Below, one piece after another: positions 29,525-38,620 of a stretch of DNA of 64,000 nucleotides. The notes below the pieces were generated by a model. That model was not told where the DNA came from, did not search any database, and saw only the letters and a program-made list of their open reading frames with translations. A program made the translations under genes and the position numbers. The DNA is from Desulfobacteraceae bacterium (GTDB lineage: Bacteria; Desulfobacterota; Desulfobacteria; Desulfobacterales; Desulfosalsimonadaceae). Position 1 is the stretch's first letter. Each line of letters opens with the position of its first letter. The stretch spans positions 4,039 through 68,038 of the forward strand of contig QZJS01000003.1 of NCBI GenBank assembly GCA_003597945.1, written 5' to 3'.

Positions 29525-29640
29525 TTAATAGTAACCCGTTTCGCAATGAAAGAAAAAGCAAAAAAACTTATCATTTCACACAAGGGGGGGGCTCCATCTG
29601 GCAAGCGGGGGAAATCACACCGAACGCAAGGAGATAGAAA

Positions 29641-31227
29641 ATGTTCTGGAAAAGGACCACCAAAAAATCCCTGGAATACGCCGAAAGCATCATCGACACC
29701 GTGCGTGAACCCTTGATCGCGCTGGACCAGGACTTAAGAGTGGTCTCCGTCAGCCGCTCCTTTTATGAGGTTTTTAAGGTATTCCCTGAAGAGACGGTAG
29801 GCAAGCTCATCTATGATCTTGGCAATAAACAGTGGAATATCCCAAAGCTGCGGGAACTGCTGGAAACCATCCTTCCCCAAAAAACAACCTTTGATAATTA
29901 TGAGGTTGAACACGATTTTTCTGAAATCGGCAGGCGTATCATGCTGTTGAATGCCCGGCAAATTAAAAGTGTGTTGGGCAAAAACCGGATTATCCTCCTG
30001 GCTATCGAGGATATCACAGCGCGCAGAGAGATCGAAAAAGGGCTGGAAAAAGCCCGTAAGGAACTGGCGGACACAAAAATATCCGAAGACGAAGCCCGCG
30101 AATACGCCGAGAGCATCATCAACACCATACGGGAACCCTTAATCGTTCTGGATCAGGATTTAAGGGCCGTCACCGCCAGCCGTTCCTTCTATGAATTCTT
30201 TAAGGTAAATCCTGAAGAGACCCTGGGACAGCTTATTTATGATCTGGGCAATAAGCAGTGGAATATTCCCAAGCTGCGGGAGCTTCTGGAAACCATCCTC
30301 CCCAAAAGAACAACTTTTGAAGACTATGAAGTTGAACACGATTTTGCGACCATCGGAAGGCGCATCATGCTGTTGAATGCCCGCCAGATTAAAAGAGTAT
30401 GGGGAAAAGATCGGATTATCCTTCTGGCCATTGAGGACATCACCGAACGCCGGGAGACAGAAAACGGGCTGGAAAAGGCCAATGAAGAACTAACGGATCT
30501 GGCCGCCGAATTAAACCGCGTCGCCCGGGCAAAATCTGAATTTTTAGCCAATATGTCCCATGAGCTCAGGACCCCGCTCAACTCCATTATCGGTTTTTCT
30601 GAAGTATTATACGACGAGACTTTCGGCGTGCTGAATGAGAAGCAGAAAAAATATGTGAATAATGTTTTGACCAGCGGCAAGCACCTTCTTTTACTCATCA
30701 ATCAGATACTGGATATGGCAAAAGTCGAATCCGGAAAGATGAATCTGACATTATCCCAATTATCCATAAAAAACCTCCTGAATGAAATTTCCATGCTGGT
30801 AGAGGATATGGTCGGTAAAAAGAAGCTTCACCTATCGCTGGAAATCGCCGAAGACCTGCCGGATATTGAGGCGGATGAGCTCAAGGTAAAAGAGATCATT
30901 TACAACCTGCTTTCCAACGCAGTGAAGTTTACCCCGGAAGGAGGTAAAATCGGCATTCGGGCGACGAAATCCGATTCCGAGATAAAAATAGTCGTCTGGG
31001 ATACAGGCGTCGGTCTCGCACCGGAAAATATGGAGAAAATATTTGAAGGATTTTTCCGTGTGGATACCCCTTATTCCCGTGTAACCGAGGGGACCGGGCT
31101 GGGTTTGCCGCTGTCCAAAAAGCTGGTTGAGCTGCACGGAGGAAATTTTTCAGTTCTATCCGATGGTCTCGATAAGGGCACTTCGGTCCTGCTTACATTG
31201 CCGATTGTATCGGTTCAGGGGGTGTGA
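29641..31227 (+). CDS. sensor histidine kinase with two tandem PAS modules
   Basis: 528 aa: duplicated PAS units, HisKA (FLANMSHELRTPLNSIIGFSE) and HATPase_c (GTGLGLPLSKKLVELHGG). Confidence 0.9.
   Translation: MFWKRTTKKSLEYAESIIDTVREPLIALDQDLRVVSVSRSFYEVFKVFPEETVGKLIYDLGNKQWNIPKLRELLETILPQKTTFDNYEVEHDFSEIGRRIMLLNARQIKSVLGKNRIILLAIEDITARREIEKGLEKARKELADTKISEDEAREYAESIINTIREPLIVLDQDLRAVTASRSFYEFFKVNPEETLGQLIYDLGNKQWNIPKLRELLETILPKRTTFEDYEVEHDFATIGRRIMLLNARQIKRVWGKDRIILLAIEDITERRETENGLEKANEELTDLAAELNRVARAKSEFLANMSHELRTPLNSIIGFSEVLYDETFGVLNEKQKKYVNNVLTSGKHLLLLINQILDMAKVESGKMNLTLSQLSIKNLLNEISMLVEDMVGKKKLHLSLEIAEDLPDIEADELKVKEIIYNLLSNAVKFTPEGGKIGIRATKSDSEIKIVVWDTGVGLAPENMEKIFEGFFRVDTPYSRVTEGTGLGLPLSKKLVELHGGNFSVLSDGLDKGTSVLLTLPIVSVQGV
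29674..30525 (+). repeat. 2 x 426-bp tandem duplication encoding the PAS modules
   Basis: GAATACGCCGA(A/G)AGCATCATC... begins at 29674 and again at 30100. Protein units are roughly 75-80% identical by eye. Confidence 0.85.
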
Positions 31228-31228
31228 G

Positions 31229-31597
31229 ATGGGAAAGAAAGCATTGGTTGTCGATGATAATGCAAACAATCTTCTGCTGGAAAAAGATCTTTTGGAGGTC
31301 GCAGGCTTTACCGTATTTGAAGCTGAAAATGCCGCCGATGGAATTGCCGCCGCCCGGAGAGAAAAACCGGACATTATACTGATGGACGTACGGCTGCCGG
31401 ATATGCGCGGCACCGAAGCCGCCAGAATATTGCGCCAAGACGAGGAGACGGTTGATATTCCCATTGTTTTTGTGACTTCTTCCGTAATGGCGGAGGGCAT
31501 AGAAGAGATAAAAGACATAAATAGCAGCGGATTTATCGGAAAGCCCATCAATACGCGCACTTTTGTGGAAGAAATCAGCCAATTTATCAGGCATTGA
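31229..31597 (+). CDS. single-domain response regulator (CheY-like receiver)
   Basis: MGKKALVVDDNANNLLL...PDIILMDVRLPDMRG. The ATG at 31229 is 1 nt after the kinase stop. Confidence 0.85.
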   Translation: MGKKALVVDDNANNLLLEKDLLEVAGFTVFEAENAADGIAAARREKPDIILMDVRLPDMRGTEAARILRQDEETVDIPIVFVTSSVMAEGIEEIKDINSSGFIGKPINTRTFVEEISQFIRH

Positions 31598-31644
31598 GTG
31601 AATTCTCCAATATTTTGAAAAATCAAATTCAAAAGAGGCAGCGG

Positions 31645-32700
31645 ATGAAAGACAAACCCGTAATCTTAGTCGTGGATGACCAGTCCCAAAACATTGAACT
31701 TCTCGAGGCGTATCTTGTTCCGCAGGGGTATGGAATCGTCACGGCGGCCAGCGGTGAAGAAGCGCTGGAAAAACTTTCCGGAAATTCAATCGATCTGATT
31801 CTGCTCGACGTCATGATGCCCGGCATGAATGGGTTTGAAGTTACCCGCCGGGTCCGGCAGGACAACGCCCATCGACTCCTTCCGATCATCCTGGTTACCT
31901 CATTGCGGGGAACCGAAGACCGGGTCAAGGGAATTGAAGCCGGTTGTGATGATTTCATTTCAAAGCCGATCGAAAAGGTTGAGATTTTAGCCCGGGTCCG
32001 GTCCCTGCTGAAGGTCAAGGCATACAACGATTTGATGAGTCATTACCGGAAAGATCTGGAGGCTGAAGTCGCCGCAAGAACCGAGGAATTAAAGCAAGCC
32101 TTTGAGAAGATAAAAGCCGCTTCGCTGGAAACGATTTACCGTCTGTCTAAGGCCGCTGAGTATAAGGACAAGGACACGGGCGCACATATCCAGCGCATGA
32201 GCCTTTATTCCGCTGCCCTTGCCCGCCGCATGGGGCTGGACGAAAGTACTATTGAATCCATTCTTTATGCAGCGCCCATGCATGACTTGGGCAAGATCGG
32301 CATACCCGATGGCATATTGTTGAAACCAACCCGGCTTGACGCGGCGGAATGGGAAATTATGAAGCTGCATTCGGTTATCGGAGCTGAAATCCTCAAGGGT
32401 TCGGACGCGGAATTCATCAGGATGGGAGAAACCATCGCCCTCTGCCATCATGAGAAGTGGGATGGAAGCGGCTATCCAAACGGCCTGAAGGGTATCGAGA
32501 TACCCATTGCCGGCCGCATCGCGGCAATCGCGGATGTATTCGACGCCCTGACCTCCAGGCGGCCTTATAAGGAACCATTCTGTATTGAGCATTCACTGGC
32601 CGTTATTAAGAAAGGACGGGGAGTCCACTTTGACCCGGATGTGGCGGATGCGTTCTTTGCCATCAAGGAAGAGATACTCACTGTTTTTTTGATTCAGTAA
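31645..32700 (+). CDS. response regulator with HD-GYP domain (RpfG-type, putative c-di-GMP phosphodiesterase)
   Basis: Receiver (ILVVDDQSQN...LILLDVMMPGMNG) plus HDLGKIGIPD and HHEKWDGSGYP motifs. The track's TTG start at 31594 is an alternative. Confidence 0.85.
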   Translation: MKDKPVILVVDDQSQNIELLEAYLVPQGYGIVTAASGEEALEKLSGNSIDLILLDVMMPGMNGFEVTRRVRQDNAHRLLPIILVTSLRGTEDRVKGIEAGCDDFISKPIEKVEILARVRSLLKVKAYNDLMSHYRKDLEAEVAARTEELKQAFEKIKAASLETIYRLSKAAEYKDKDTGAHIQRMSLYSAALARRMGLDESTIESILYAAPMHDLGKIGIPDGILLKPTRLDAAEWEIMKLHSVIGAEILKGSDAEFIRMGETIALCHHEKWDGSGYPNGLKGIEIPIAGRIAAIADVFDALTSRRPYKEPFCIEHSLAVIKKGRGVHFDPDVADAFFAIKEEILTVFLIQ

Positions 32701-32816
32701 AAACAGCGTGCACTGAGTAGTCAATGACAAACACCGACTTTGACAAGGTATCCCCCGGAAACGCCCATTTTATTCTGCTTGTCCTTGTTTTAATTCTTAT
32801 CTCACTATTTCCCGCC

Positions 32817-32966
32817 AAAAAGGTCATATATGACCATTCGGTAAAATATGACCTTTTTTTTGAGATGCGGACAGCCATACCATAAATCATTAATTGATTA
32901 TTATACTAAATAATCAGATATTTATATTTTGTTCCCCGAGGTTGAAATCATGGCATACAAATTGAA
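32817..32966 (+). promoter_or_regulatory. sigma-54 promoter cassette E
   Basis: GGTCATATATGACC (32822-32835, a perfect palindrome) plus ATATGACC (32846-32853) plus T8. AATCA at 32912. TGGCAT (32951-32956)-acaaa-TTGA (32962-32965). Confidence 0.65.
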
Positions 32967-33142
32967 AGTATAAGCAATGGACTTTTTTGGGGGTCGTGCC
33001 CTTCCGGCGCAAAATAAACCTGTCAACACGCCAACGATCACCACGGAAGTCCATACGGAAATAACCACAACGTCCACCATAGGCGCACGCCCAAGAGGGA
33101 ATGTTCAACAATTCGAATAAAAGCTATAAGGAGGTACCGGGA

Positions 33143-34618
33143 ATGTTTCATGCCATAAAGATTCTTAACCGAAGGATAAGATGTATCCTTTTACTGAGCC
33201 TGGGATTTGCCGCGCTCGTTTTCATGGGGCCGGTTGCAGCCCTCGGGGCCGGCCCGGCGCCAGTCGATCTTGGGTCCGCGGGTAATTTCGTGATTCTGGC
33301 GGAAACAGGGATTACAAACACCGGAAGTCATACTTCTGTTATAACCGGGGACATCGGCAATAGTCCCGGCTCTGCCGCCCAGATGAATGATGTATGGTGT
33401 TCAGAAATCACCGGAACAATTTACGGTGTTGATGCGGCCTATACAGGTAGCGGCGATACAACATGTTTTGCCGGCAACCCGCCTCTTGCCAACAAGACCT
33501 TGGTGGATAATGCGGTTGGCGATATGCTGACTGCTTACAATAACGCAGCCTCAGTAGTCGCTCCCGCTCCTGTCACCGAACTGGGTGCCGGAAATATTGG
33601 CGGAATGACCCTTGCTCCCGGACTCTACAAATGGAGCACTGACGTCAACATAGCCGACAACCTTACTCTCTCCGGTGGTGCAAGCGATGTTTGGATTTTA
33701 CAGATAGCCGGAGATCTAAATGTCGCCTCGGCTGGCAGCGTCGCTACCGGCATTAAGGTAATACTAAGCGGCGGCGCCCTGGCCTCGAATGTCTTTTGGC
33801 AGGTCGGGGGTGTTACCGGCGCAACTCTCGGGACATACGCCACCTTCAATGGAACGATATTGAGCGCAAAGCAGATTATTTGCCAAACCGGCGCGGTACT
33901 AAACGGCAGGGCATTGGCGCAAACTCAGGTTACGCTCGATGCCAACGTAGTCACCAATGTTGCCGGTTGTCCGCCCATTACACTCCTGCCATCGGTTCTT
34001 CCGGCAGGAATGGTTGGAGCCGCCTATAGCCAGACGATCACGGCCAGCGGCGGAGCAGAACCGTATACATTCACCATGACCGCCGGGGCCCTTCCGACCG
34101 GGCTATCGCCGATTACAACCGGCGGGGTTATCGCCGGAACGCCTACTGCCACAGGCACTTTTACGTTCACGGTCACGGCCGCGGACGCCAACGGCTGCAC
34201 GGGCTCACAGGCCTACACCCTCGTCATCAATGCTGACGGTTGTCCACCCATTGCACTCCTGCCCACGGTTCTTCCGGAAGGAATGGTGGGAGCCGCCTAT
34301 AACCAGACGATCACGGCCAGCGGCGGAGCAGAACCGTATACGTTCATCATGACCGCCGGAGCCCTTCCGATCGGGCTATCGCCGATTACAACCGGCGGGG
34401 TTATCGCCGGGACGCCTACTGCCACAGGCACGTTTACGTTCACGGTTACGGCCACAGACCAAAACGGGTGTACGGGCCTGCAGGCCTACACTCTCATCAT
34501 CAACGCTGCACCTCCCGCTCCCATACCCACGCTTTCCGAGTGGGGAATGATCATCCTCATGACGATTATGGGCCTCACATCCATTTATTACCTGAGGAGA
34601 AGGAAGGTGGATTTCTAA
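33143..34618 (+). CDS. IPTL-CTERM-sorted surface protein: ice-binding-like (DUF3494) domain + 2 Ig-like repeats
   Basis: Start at ATG 33143 (MFHAIK..., AAGGAGG RBS). LGSAGNFVILAETGITNTG...ITGDIGNSPGSA is the DUF3494 signature. The C-terminus is PIPTLSEWGMIILMTIMGLTSIYYLRRRK. Confidence 0.85.
   Translation: MFHAIKILNRRIRCILLLSLGFAALVFMGPVAALGAGPAPVDLGSAGNFVILAETGITNTGSHTSVITGDIGNSPGSAAQMNDVWCSEITGTIYGVDAAYTGSGDTTCFAGNPPLANKTLVDNAVGDMLTAYNNAASVVAPAPVTELGAGNIGGMTLAPGLYKWSTDVNIADNLTLSGGASDVWILQIAGDLNVASAGSVATGIKVILSGGALASNVFWQVGGVTGATLGTYATFNGTILSAKQIICQTGAVLNGRALAQTQVTLDANVVTNVAGCPPITLLPSVLPAGMVGAAYSQTITASGGAEPYTFTMTAGALPTGLSPITTGGVIAGTPTATGTFTFTVTAADANGCTGSQAYTLVINADGCPPIALLPTVLPEGMVGAAYNQTITASGGAEPYTFIMTAGALPIGLSPITTGGVIAGTPTATGTFTFTVTATDQNGCTGLQAYTLIINAAPPAPIPTLSEWGMIILMTIMGLTSIYYLRRRKVDF
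33965..34510 (+). repeat. 2 x 273-bp tandem coding repeat (putative Ig-like domains)
   Basis: GGTTGTCC(G/A)CCCATT(A/G)CACTCCTGCC... occurs at 33965 and 34238. Each unit encodes GCPPI.LLP.VLP.GMVGAAY.QTITASGGAEPYTF. Confidence 0.85.
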
Positions 34619-34644
34619 AACCATTACCCCGAAAAATGCGCATA

Positions 34645-34674
34645 GGGCGAGTGACTTTCCCTCGCCTTTTTTTT
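34645..34674 (+). terminator. rho-independent terminator
   Basis: GGCGAG-tgactttcc-CTCGCC-TTTTTTTT, about 27 nt after the stop of CDS 33143-34618. Confidence 0.7.
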
Positions 34675-34740
34675 GCAGCGGTCCCCAGAGTCGTCTTGGC
34701 CGATATCTAAACGACCCGGAAGCTAAAAAACGATTATATA

Positions 34741-34893
34741 AAAAGATTATATACGACCTTAGGTCAAATATGACCTTTTTTTACAGAACAATCAAGTACC
34801 GGCCGGTGAATGGATTATAAGTGTATTATTGTTTAAAATCATAAGGATAGGATACATAATCCTGCGTATTGAAAACCTGGCACAAAAATTGAA
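34741..34893 (+). promoter_or_regulatory. sigma-54 promoter cassette F
   Basis: GATTATATACGACC (34745-34758) plus GGTCAAATATGACC (34762-34775) plus T-run. AATCA at 34837. TGGCAC (34878-34883)-aaaaa-TTGA (34889-34892). Confidence 0.7.
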
Positions 34894-35042
34894 TTCCTAA
34901 GCGGAAGGTAAAAGACAAGGCCAAACAGGTCGTCGACATCATCGACGGCAACAATGATCTCGAAGCCGAAGGCAAAGAAAAAAATTTGGAAGGAAAAATC
35001 CAGAAAAAGCTCGGTCAGATCAAGAAAGTGATGGATAAATAA
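34893..35042 (+). pseudogene. 5'-truncated csbD-like remnant
   Basis: 49 codons with no start codon: ...KVKDKAKQVVDIIDGNNDLEAEGKEKNLEGKIQKKLGQIKKVMDK*. This aligns with residues ~17-59 of the intact CsbD at 43431-43610. The frame is closed by the TGA inside the -12 box of cassette F. Confidence 0.55.
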
Positions 35043-35043
35043 A

Positions 35044-35080
35044 ACAGCCTTCCGCCAGGGGGCTTACAAATCGACCTGGC
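35044..35080 (+). repeat. intercistronic hairpin repeat, variant copy
   Basis: ACAGCCTTCCG-CCAGG-gggCTTACAAatcga-CCTGG-C. Related to the copies at 43620 and 45326, with a different stem sequence around the same CTTACAA loop core. Confidence 0.5.
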
Positions 35081-35117
35081 TAAACTCACAATTACTTAGA
35101 CATAAGGAGTTTGAAAA

Positions 35118-35630
35118 ATGAAAAAACTGATGATTTTGCTGATCGTAATATCCATGTTCTTTGTCGTACCCGCCGCCATTGCATACCAGCAAGGAGATTA
35201 TGAATTGACATTGGGCGGCAGCGGCTCCAGCGACGAAAGCTTTGATGGCACCGTGTTCAATATTGAAGCCGGCCTGGGATATTTCATAACCGAAAATTTT
35301 GAAGCCGTGTGGCGGCAAGGGATTTCATATGCCGACAACCCCGGCAATAACGACTGGAATGCGTCCACCCGTTTATCCCTGGATTATAATTTCAATATGG
35401 GGAGCTGGTATCCCTACCTTGGCGTTAATATCGGCTATTTATACGGCGATACGGTCGAGGAACAATTTATCGCGGGACCCGAAGCCGGCGTAAAAATTTT
35501 TGTTAACGAAACCACCTTCATCCTCGCCGGTATCGAATACCAGTTTCTCTTCGAAAACCCGAAAGACGCGGATGATAATTTCGACGATGGGCGGTTTGTC
35601 TACCTTTTGGGAATCGGCTTTACGTTTTAA
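35118..35630 (+). CDS. small outer-membrane beta-barrel protein
   Basis: 170 aa with signal peptide (VVPAAIA), alternating aromatic/Gly strands and the C-terminal GIGFTF. Confidence 0.7.
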   Translation: MKKLMILLIVISMFFVVPAAIAYQQGDYELTLGGSGSSDESFDGTVFNIEAGLGYFITENFEAVWRQGISYADNPGNNDWNASTRLSLDYNFNMGSWYPYLGVNIGYLYGDTVEEQFIAGPEAGVKIFVNETTFILAGIEYQFLFENPKDADDNFDDGRFVYLLGIGFTF

Positions 35631-35771
35631 ACCGACATTTCCCTTGTCCAAAAATCGGTCTTTCCTCGCAAGTTCCATTATTCCTAATAGTTAATCCGGC
35701 AGATACGGGTTTTGACAAGGTATCCGCCGGATTAGCTAAAATTTATAAATTAACAATAAGTTATCAAGGGC

Positions 35772-36317
35772 ATGACTATGTCGGACACAAATTGCGAAAC
35801 CCAGCTTCGCACCGCCGGAAGCGAACTGAACCGTCGGATTATCCCGAAAAATATGTCGACCGGACATGGCGAAACCATTCTGGTTGTAGATGATGATGTC
35901 GCCATTCTGAATCTGGTCAGAGATTGCCTCCAACGACTGGGCTACGTCGTGCTGACAGCCGATAGACCCTTTGAGGCCATACGATTGGCGGAAAAGCATA
36001 TCCAAAAGATTCGCCTGGTGATCACCGACGTCATCATGCCCGAAATGAACGGGCGGGAATTGACCATACGGCTGATGTCGCTGAAACCGGATCTCAAACA
36101 CCTGTTCATGTCCGGCTACACGGCTGATGTGATCGGCGACCGGGGCGTGATGGAGGGTGGTGGCAGCTTCATTCAAAAGCCTTTTACCATGAAGGCTCTT
36201 GCCGCCAAGGTATGCGAAATGCTGACCGAAAAAAAGGTAGAAGACAATAGCCCTTCAAAAGGCCATATAAGACCTTTTTTTATGTGTTTCAGCGAAAAAA
36301 CGTCACTAATCACTTGA
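35772..36317 (+). CDS. stand-alone response-regulator receiver protein
   Basis: ILVVDDDVAILNLV...LVITDVIMPEMNGREL...LFMSGYT. There is no output domain. The true start may be an internal Met. Confidence 0.8.
   Translation: MTMSDTNCETQLRTAGSELNRRIIPKNMSTGHGETILVVDDDVAILNLVRDCLQRLGYVVLTADRPFEAIRLAEKHIQKIRLVITDVIMPEMNGRELTIRLMSLKPDLKHLFMSGYTADVIGDRGVMEGGGSFIQKPFTMKALAAKVCEMLTEKKVEDNSPSKGHIRPFFMCFSEKTSLIT
36261..36281 (+). promoter_or_regulatory. UAS-like site upstream of kaiC (palindrome-like 14-mer + T-run, no sigma-54 box found)
   Basis: GGCCATATAAGACC-TTTTTTT matches the cassette 14-mer at 12/14 positions. It lacks the third half-site, the AAATCA element and TGGCAC downstream. Confidence 0.3.
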
Positions 36318-36487
36318 ATATAAATTAAAATTGGGTTATGATTTTTTTTGTAAAAAATAACAACCGGATGATACGGCTTGGGCCGTCACAAAGGCATCAG
36401 GGTTTGCGGCAAGTTCGACGGTGACGTGAACGCGATACATCGTCGTTTGCGCTCGCGGCGTTTCTTTAAAGAAAAAAATATTGGGAG

Positions 36488-38248
36488 ATGATGATGGTTA
36501 AGGCAAAACATGATCTTGCCGGGATTGAAAAATGCCCGACGGGCATCCGGGGTCTTGATGAGATCACCAACGGCGGTCTTCCGAAAGGCAGGCCTACCCT
36601 GATCTGCGGCGGCGCGGGTTCCGGCAAGACGCTGTTTGCAATGGAATTTCTGATGCATGGCGCCATAAAATACGGAGAACCCGGGGTCTTCATGACCTTT
36701 GAGGAAACGCCGCAGGATCTCGCCAAAAACTTCTTCTCCCTTGGTTTTGATCTGCCTGAAATGATGTCGCGTGGCCTGATCGAAACCGATCATGTAAGCA
36801 TCACGCGCGGCGAAATCGAGGAGACGGGAGAATACGACCTGGAAGGACTGTTCATCCGCCTGGGCGCCGCCATTGATGCCATCGGCGCCAAGCGGGTTGT
36901 CTTAGACACCATCGAAGCCCTTTTCTCCGAGCTGCCCAATGCCACGATCCTCCGGGCCGAGCTGCGGCGGCTTTTTCTCTGGTTGAAAGAGCGCGGCGTG
37001 ACGGCCATTGTTACGGGGGAAAGCGGCGACAAGACCCTGACGCGATACGGACTTGAAGAATATGTCGCCGATTGCGTGATTCTTTTAGACTTCCGCATTG
37101 TCGAGCAAATCGCCACCCGCCGGTTGCGTATCGTCAAGTATCGCGGCTCGGCGCATGGGGCGGACGAATATCCCTTCCTGATCGACGAGGACGGCATCTC
37201 GGTCCTTCCCATCACTTCCCTGGGGCTCGACTACCCCGTTTCCAAGGAACGCATCTCCACGGGCGTCCCCAAACTGGATGCCATGCTCGGCGGCAAGGGG
37301 TTCTTCCGGGGCAGCACCATCCTCCTATCCGGTACCGCGGGCACCGGCAAAACGAGTTTGTCGGGGACCTTTGCCGATGCCGCCTGCCGGCGGGGCGAAC
37401 GATGCCTCTATTTCGCCTTTGAGGAATCTCCCCGGCAGATCATACGCAACATGGAGTCCATCGGCCTGGATCTCGACCAATGGGTAAAAAAGGGACTTCT
37501 CAAGTTTCATTCCGCCCGTCCCACCCTTTGCGGTCTGGAGATGCATCTGGTCACCTTCCACAAGGTGATTGAAGCGTTTAAGCCCCGGATTTTCATTGTA
37601 GACCCCATCAGCAACCTGATTAACGCCGGAACCGCGCCGGAGGTCAAATCCGTCTTAACGCGCCTGATCGACTATCTGAAGATGAACAAGATTTCGACTT
37701 TCCTTACGGATCTCACCCATTTCGGAAGCAGCCTTGAGCGCACGAGCGAAGAGATCTCTTCGCTCATCGATACGTGGCTTCTCTTAAGAGATATCGAACT
37801 CAAGGGCGAACGCAACCGGGGGCTCTACATTTTAAAATCCAGGGGCATGAATCACTCCAACCAGATTCAGGAATTTTTGATCACAAACCAGGGCATCGAC
37901 CTGGTCGATATCTATACCGGTTCCGGCGAGGCATTAACCGGCAGCGCCCGGGCCGCCCAGGAAGCGCGGGAAAAGGCATTGGAAATGGAGCGTCGGCATG
38001 AGGCGGATCGCATACGCCGCGACCAGGAGCGCAAGCGCAAAGCCCTTGAAGCAAAAATCGACGCCCTGCGCGCCGAATTTGACGCGGAATCCGAAGAACT
38101 CGATTTTTTAAGGGAAGAAGAAAAGAAAAGAGAAGAAGTTGTTGCCCAGGAACAGTTGAAGATGAAAAACCTTCGCAAGGGGAAACACGCGGCTGACCAA
38201 GAAAAAGCCCCAAAAAGAAAGGCGAACGGGAAAAGGAAAGGAGCCTGA
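36488..38248 (+). CDS. kaiC: circadian-clock-type ATPase/autokinase KaiC with long C-terminal coiled-coil extension
   Basis: 586 aa. CI has GGAGSGKT and FEET. CII has GTAGTGKT and [18 protein letters not shown] aligns with the cyanobacterial HISTITDTIILLQY phosphosite region. The last ~100 aa are highly charged and helical. Confidence 0.95.
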   Translation: MMMVKAKHDLAGIEKCPTGIRGLDEITNGGLPKGRPTLICGGAGSGKTLFAMEFLMHGAIKYGEPGVFMTFEETPQDLAKNFFSLGFDLPEMMSRGLIETDHVSITRGEIEETGEYDLEGLFIRLGAAIDAIGAKRVVLDTIEALFSELPNATILRAELRRLFLWLKERGVTAIVTGESGDKTLTRYGLEEYVADCVILLDFRIVEQIATRRLRIVKYRGSAHGADEYPFLIDEDGISVLPITSLGLDYPVSKERISTGVPKLDAMLGGKGFFRGSTILLSGTAGTGKTSLSGTFADAACRRGERCLYFAFEESPRQIIRNMESIGLDLDQWVKKGLLKFHSARPTLCGLEMHLVTFHKVIEAFKPRIFIVDPISNLINAGTAPEVKSVLTRLIDYLKMNKISTFLTDLTHFGSSLERTSEEISSLIDTWLLLRDIELKGERNRGLYILKSRGMNHSNQIQEFLITNQGIDLVDIYTGSGEALTGSARAAQEAREKALEMERRHEADRIRRDQERKRKALEAKIDALRAEFDAESEELDFLREEEKKREEVVAQEQLKMKNLRKGKHAADQEKAPKRKANGKRKGA

Positions 38249-38249
38249 G

Positions 38250-38579
38250 ATGACGTCCACATCGCCGGAAATACAAAAGAAGGCAAAGACCGATTCAATG
38301 GAGGAAACCTGGAACCTTCGCTTATATGTAGCCGGTCAGACCCCCAAATCGATTACCGCTTTTGCGAATCTGAAAAAAATCTGCGAAGAGCATCTTGCCG
38401 GCAAATACCGCATTGAGGTGGTAGACCTTTTAATCAATCCCCAGCTTGCCAAAGGGGACCAGATTATTGCCATACCGACACTGGTCAGAAAACTTCCCGA
38501 GCCCCTTAAAAAAATCATCGGGGATCTGGCCAACACGGAACGCGTGCTGGTGGGACTCGATATTCGCCCTGCCTCCTGA
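38250..38579 (+). CDS. kaiB: KaiB (copy 1)
   Basis: [71 protein letters not shown]. The ATG is 1 nt after the kaiC stop. Confidence 0.9.
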   Translation: MTSTSPEIQKKAKTDSMEETWNLRLYVAGQTPKSITAFANLKKICEEHLAGKYRIEVVDLLINPQLAKGDQIIAIPTLVRKLPEPLKKIIGDLANTERVLVGLDIRPAS

Positions 38580-38620
38580 TGATAAAATTAGGATGCCAAT
38601 CATGAAATGGAATATCAATC

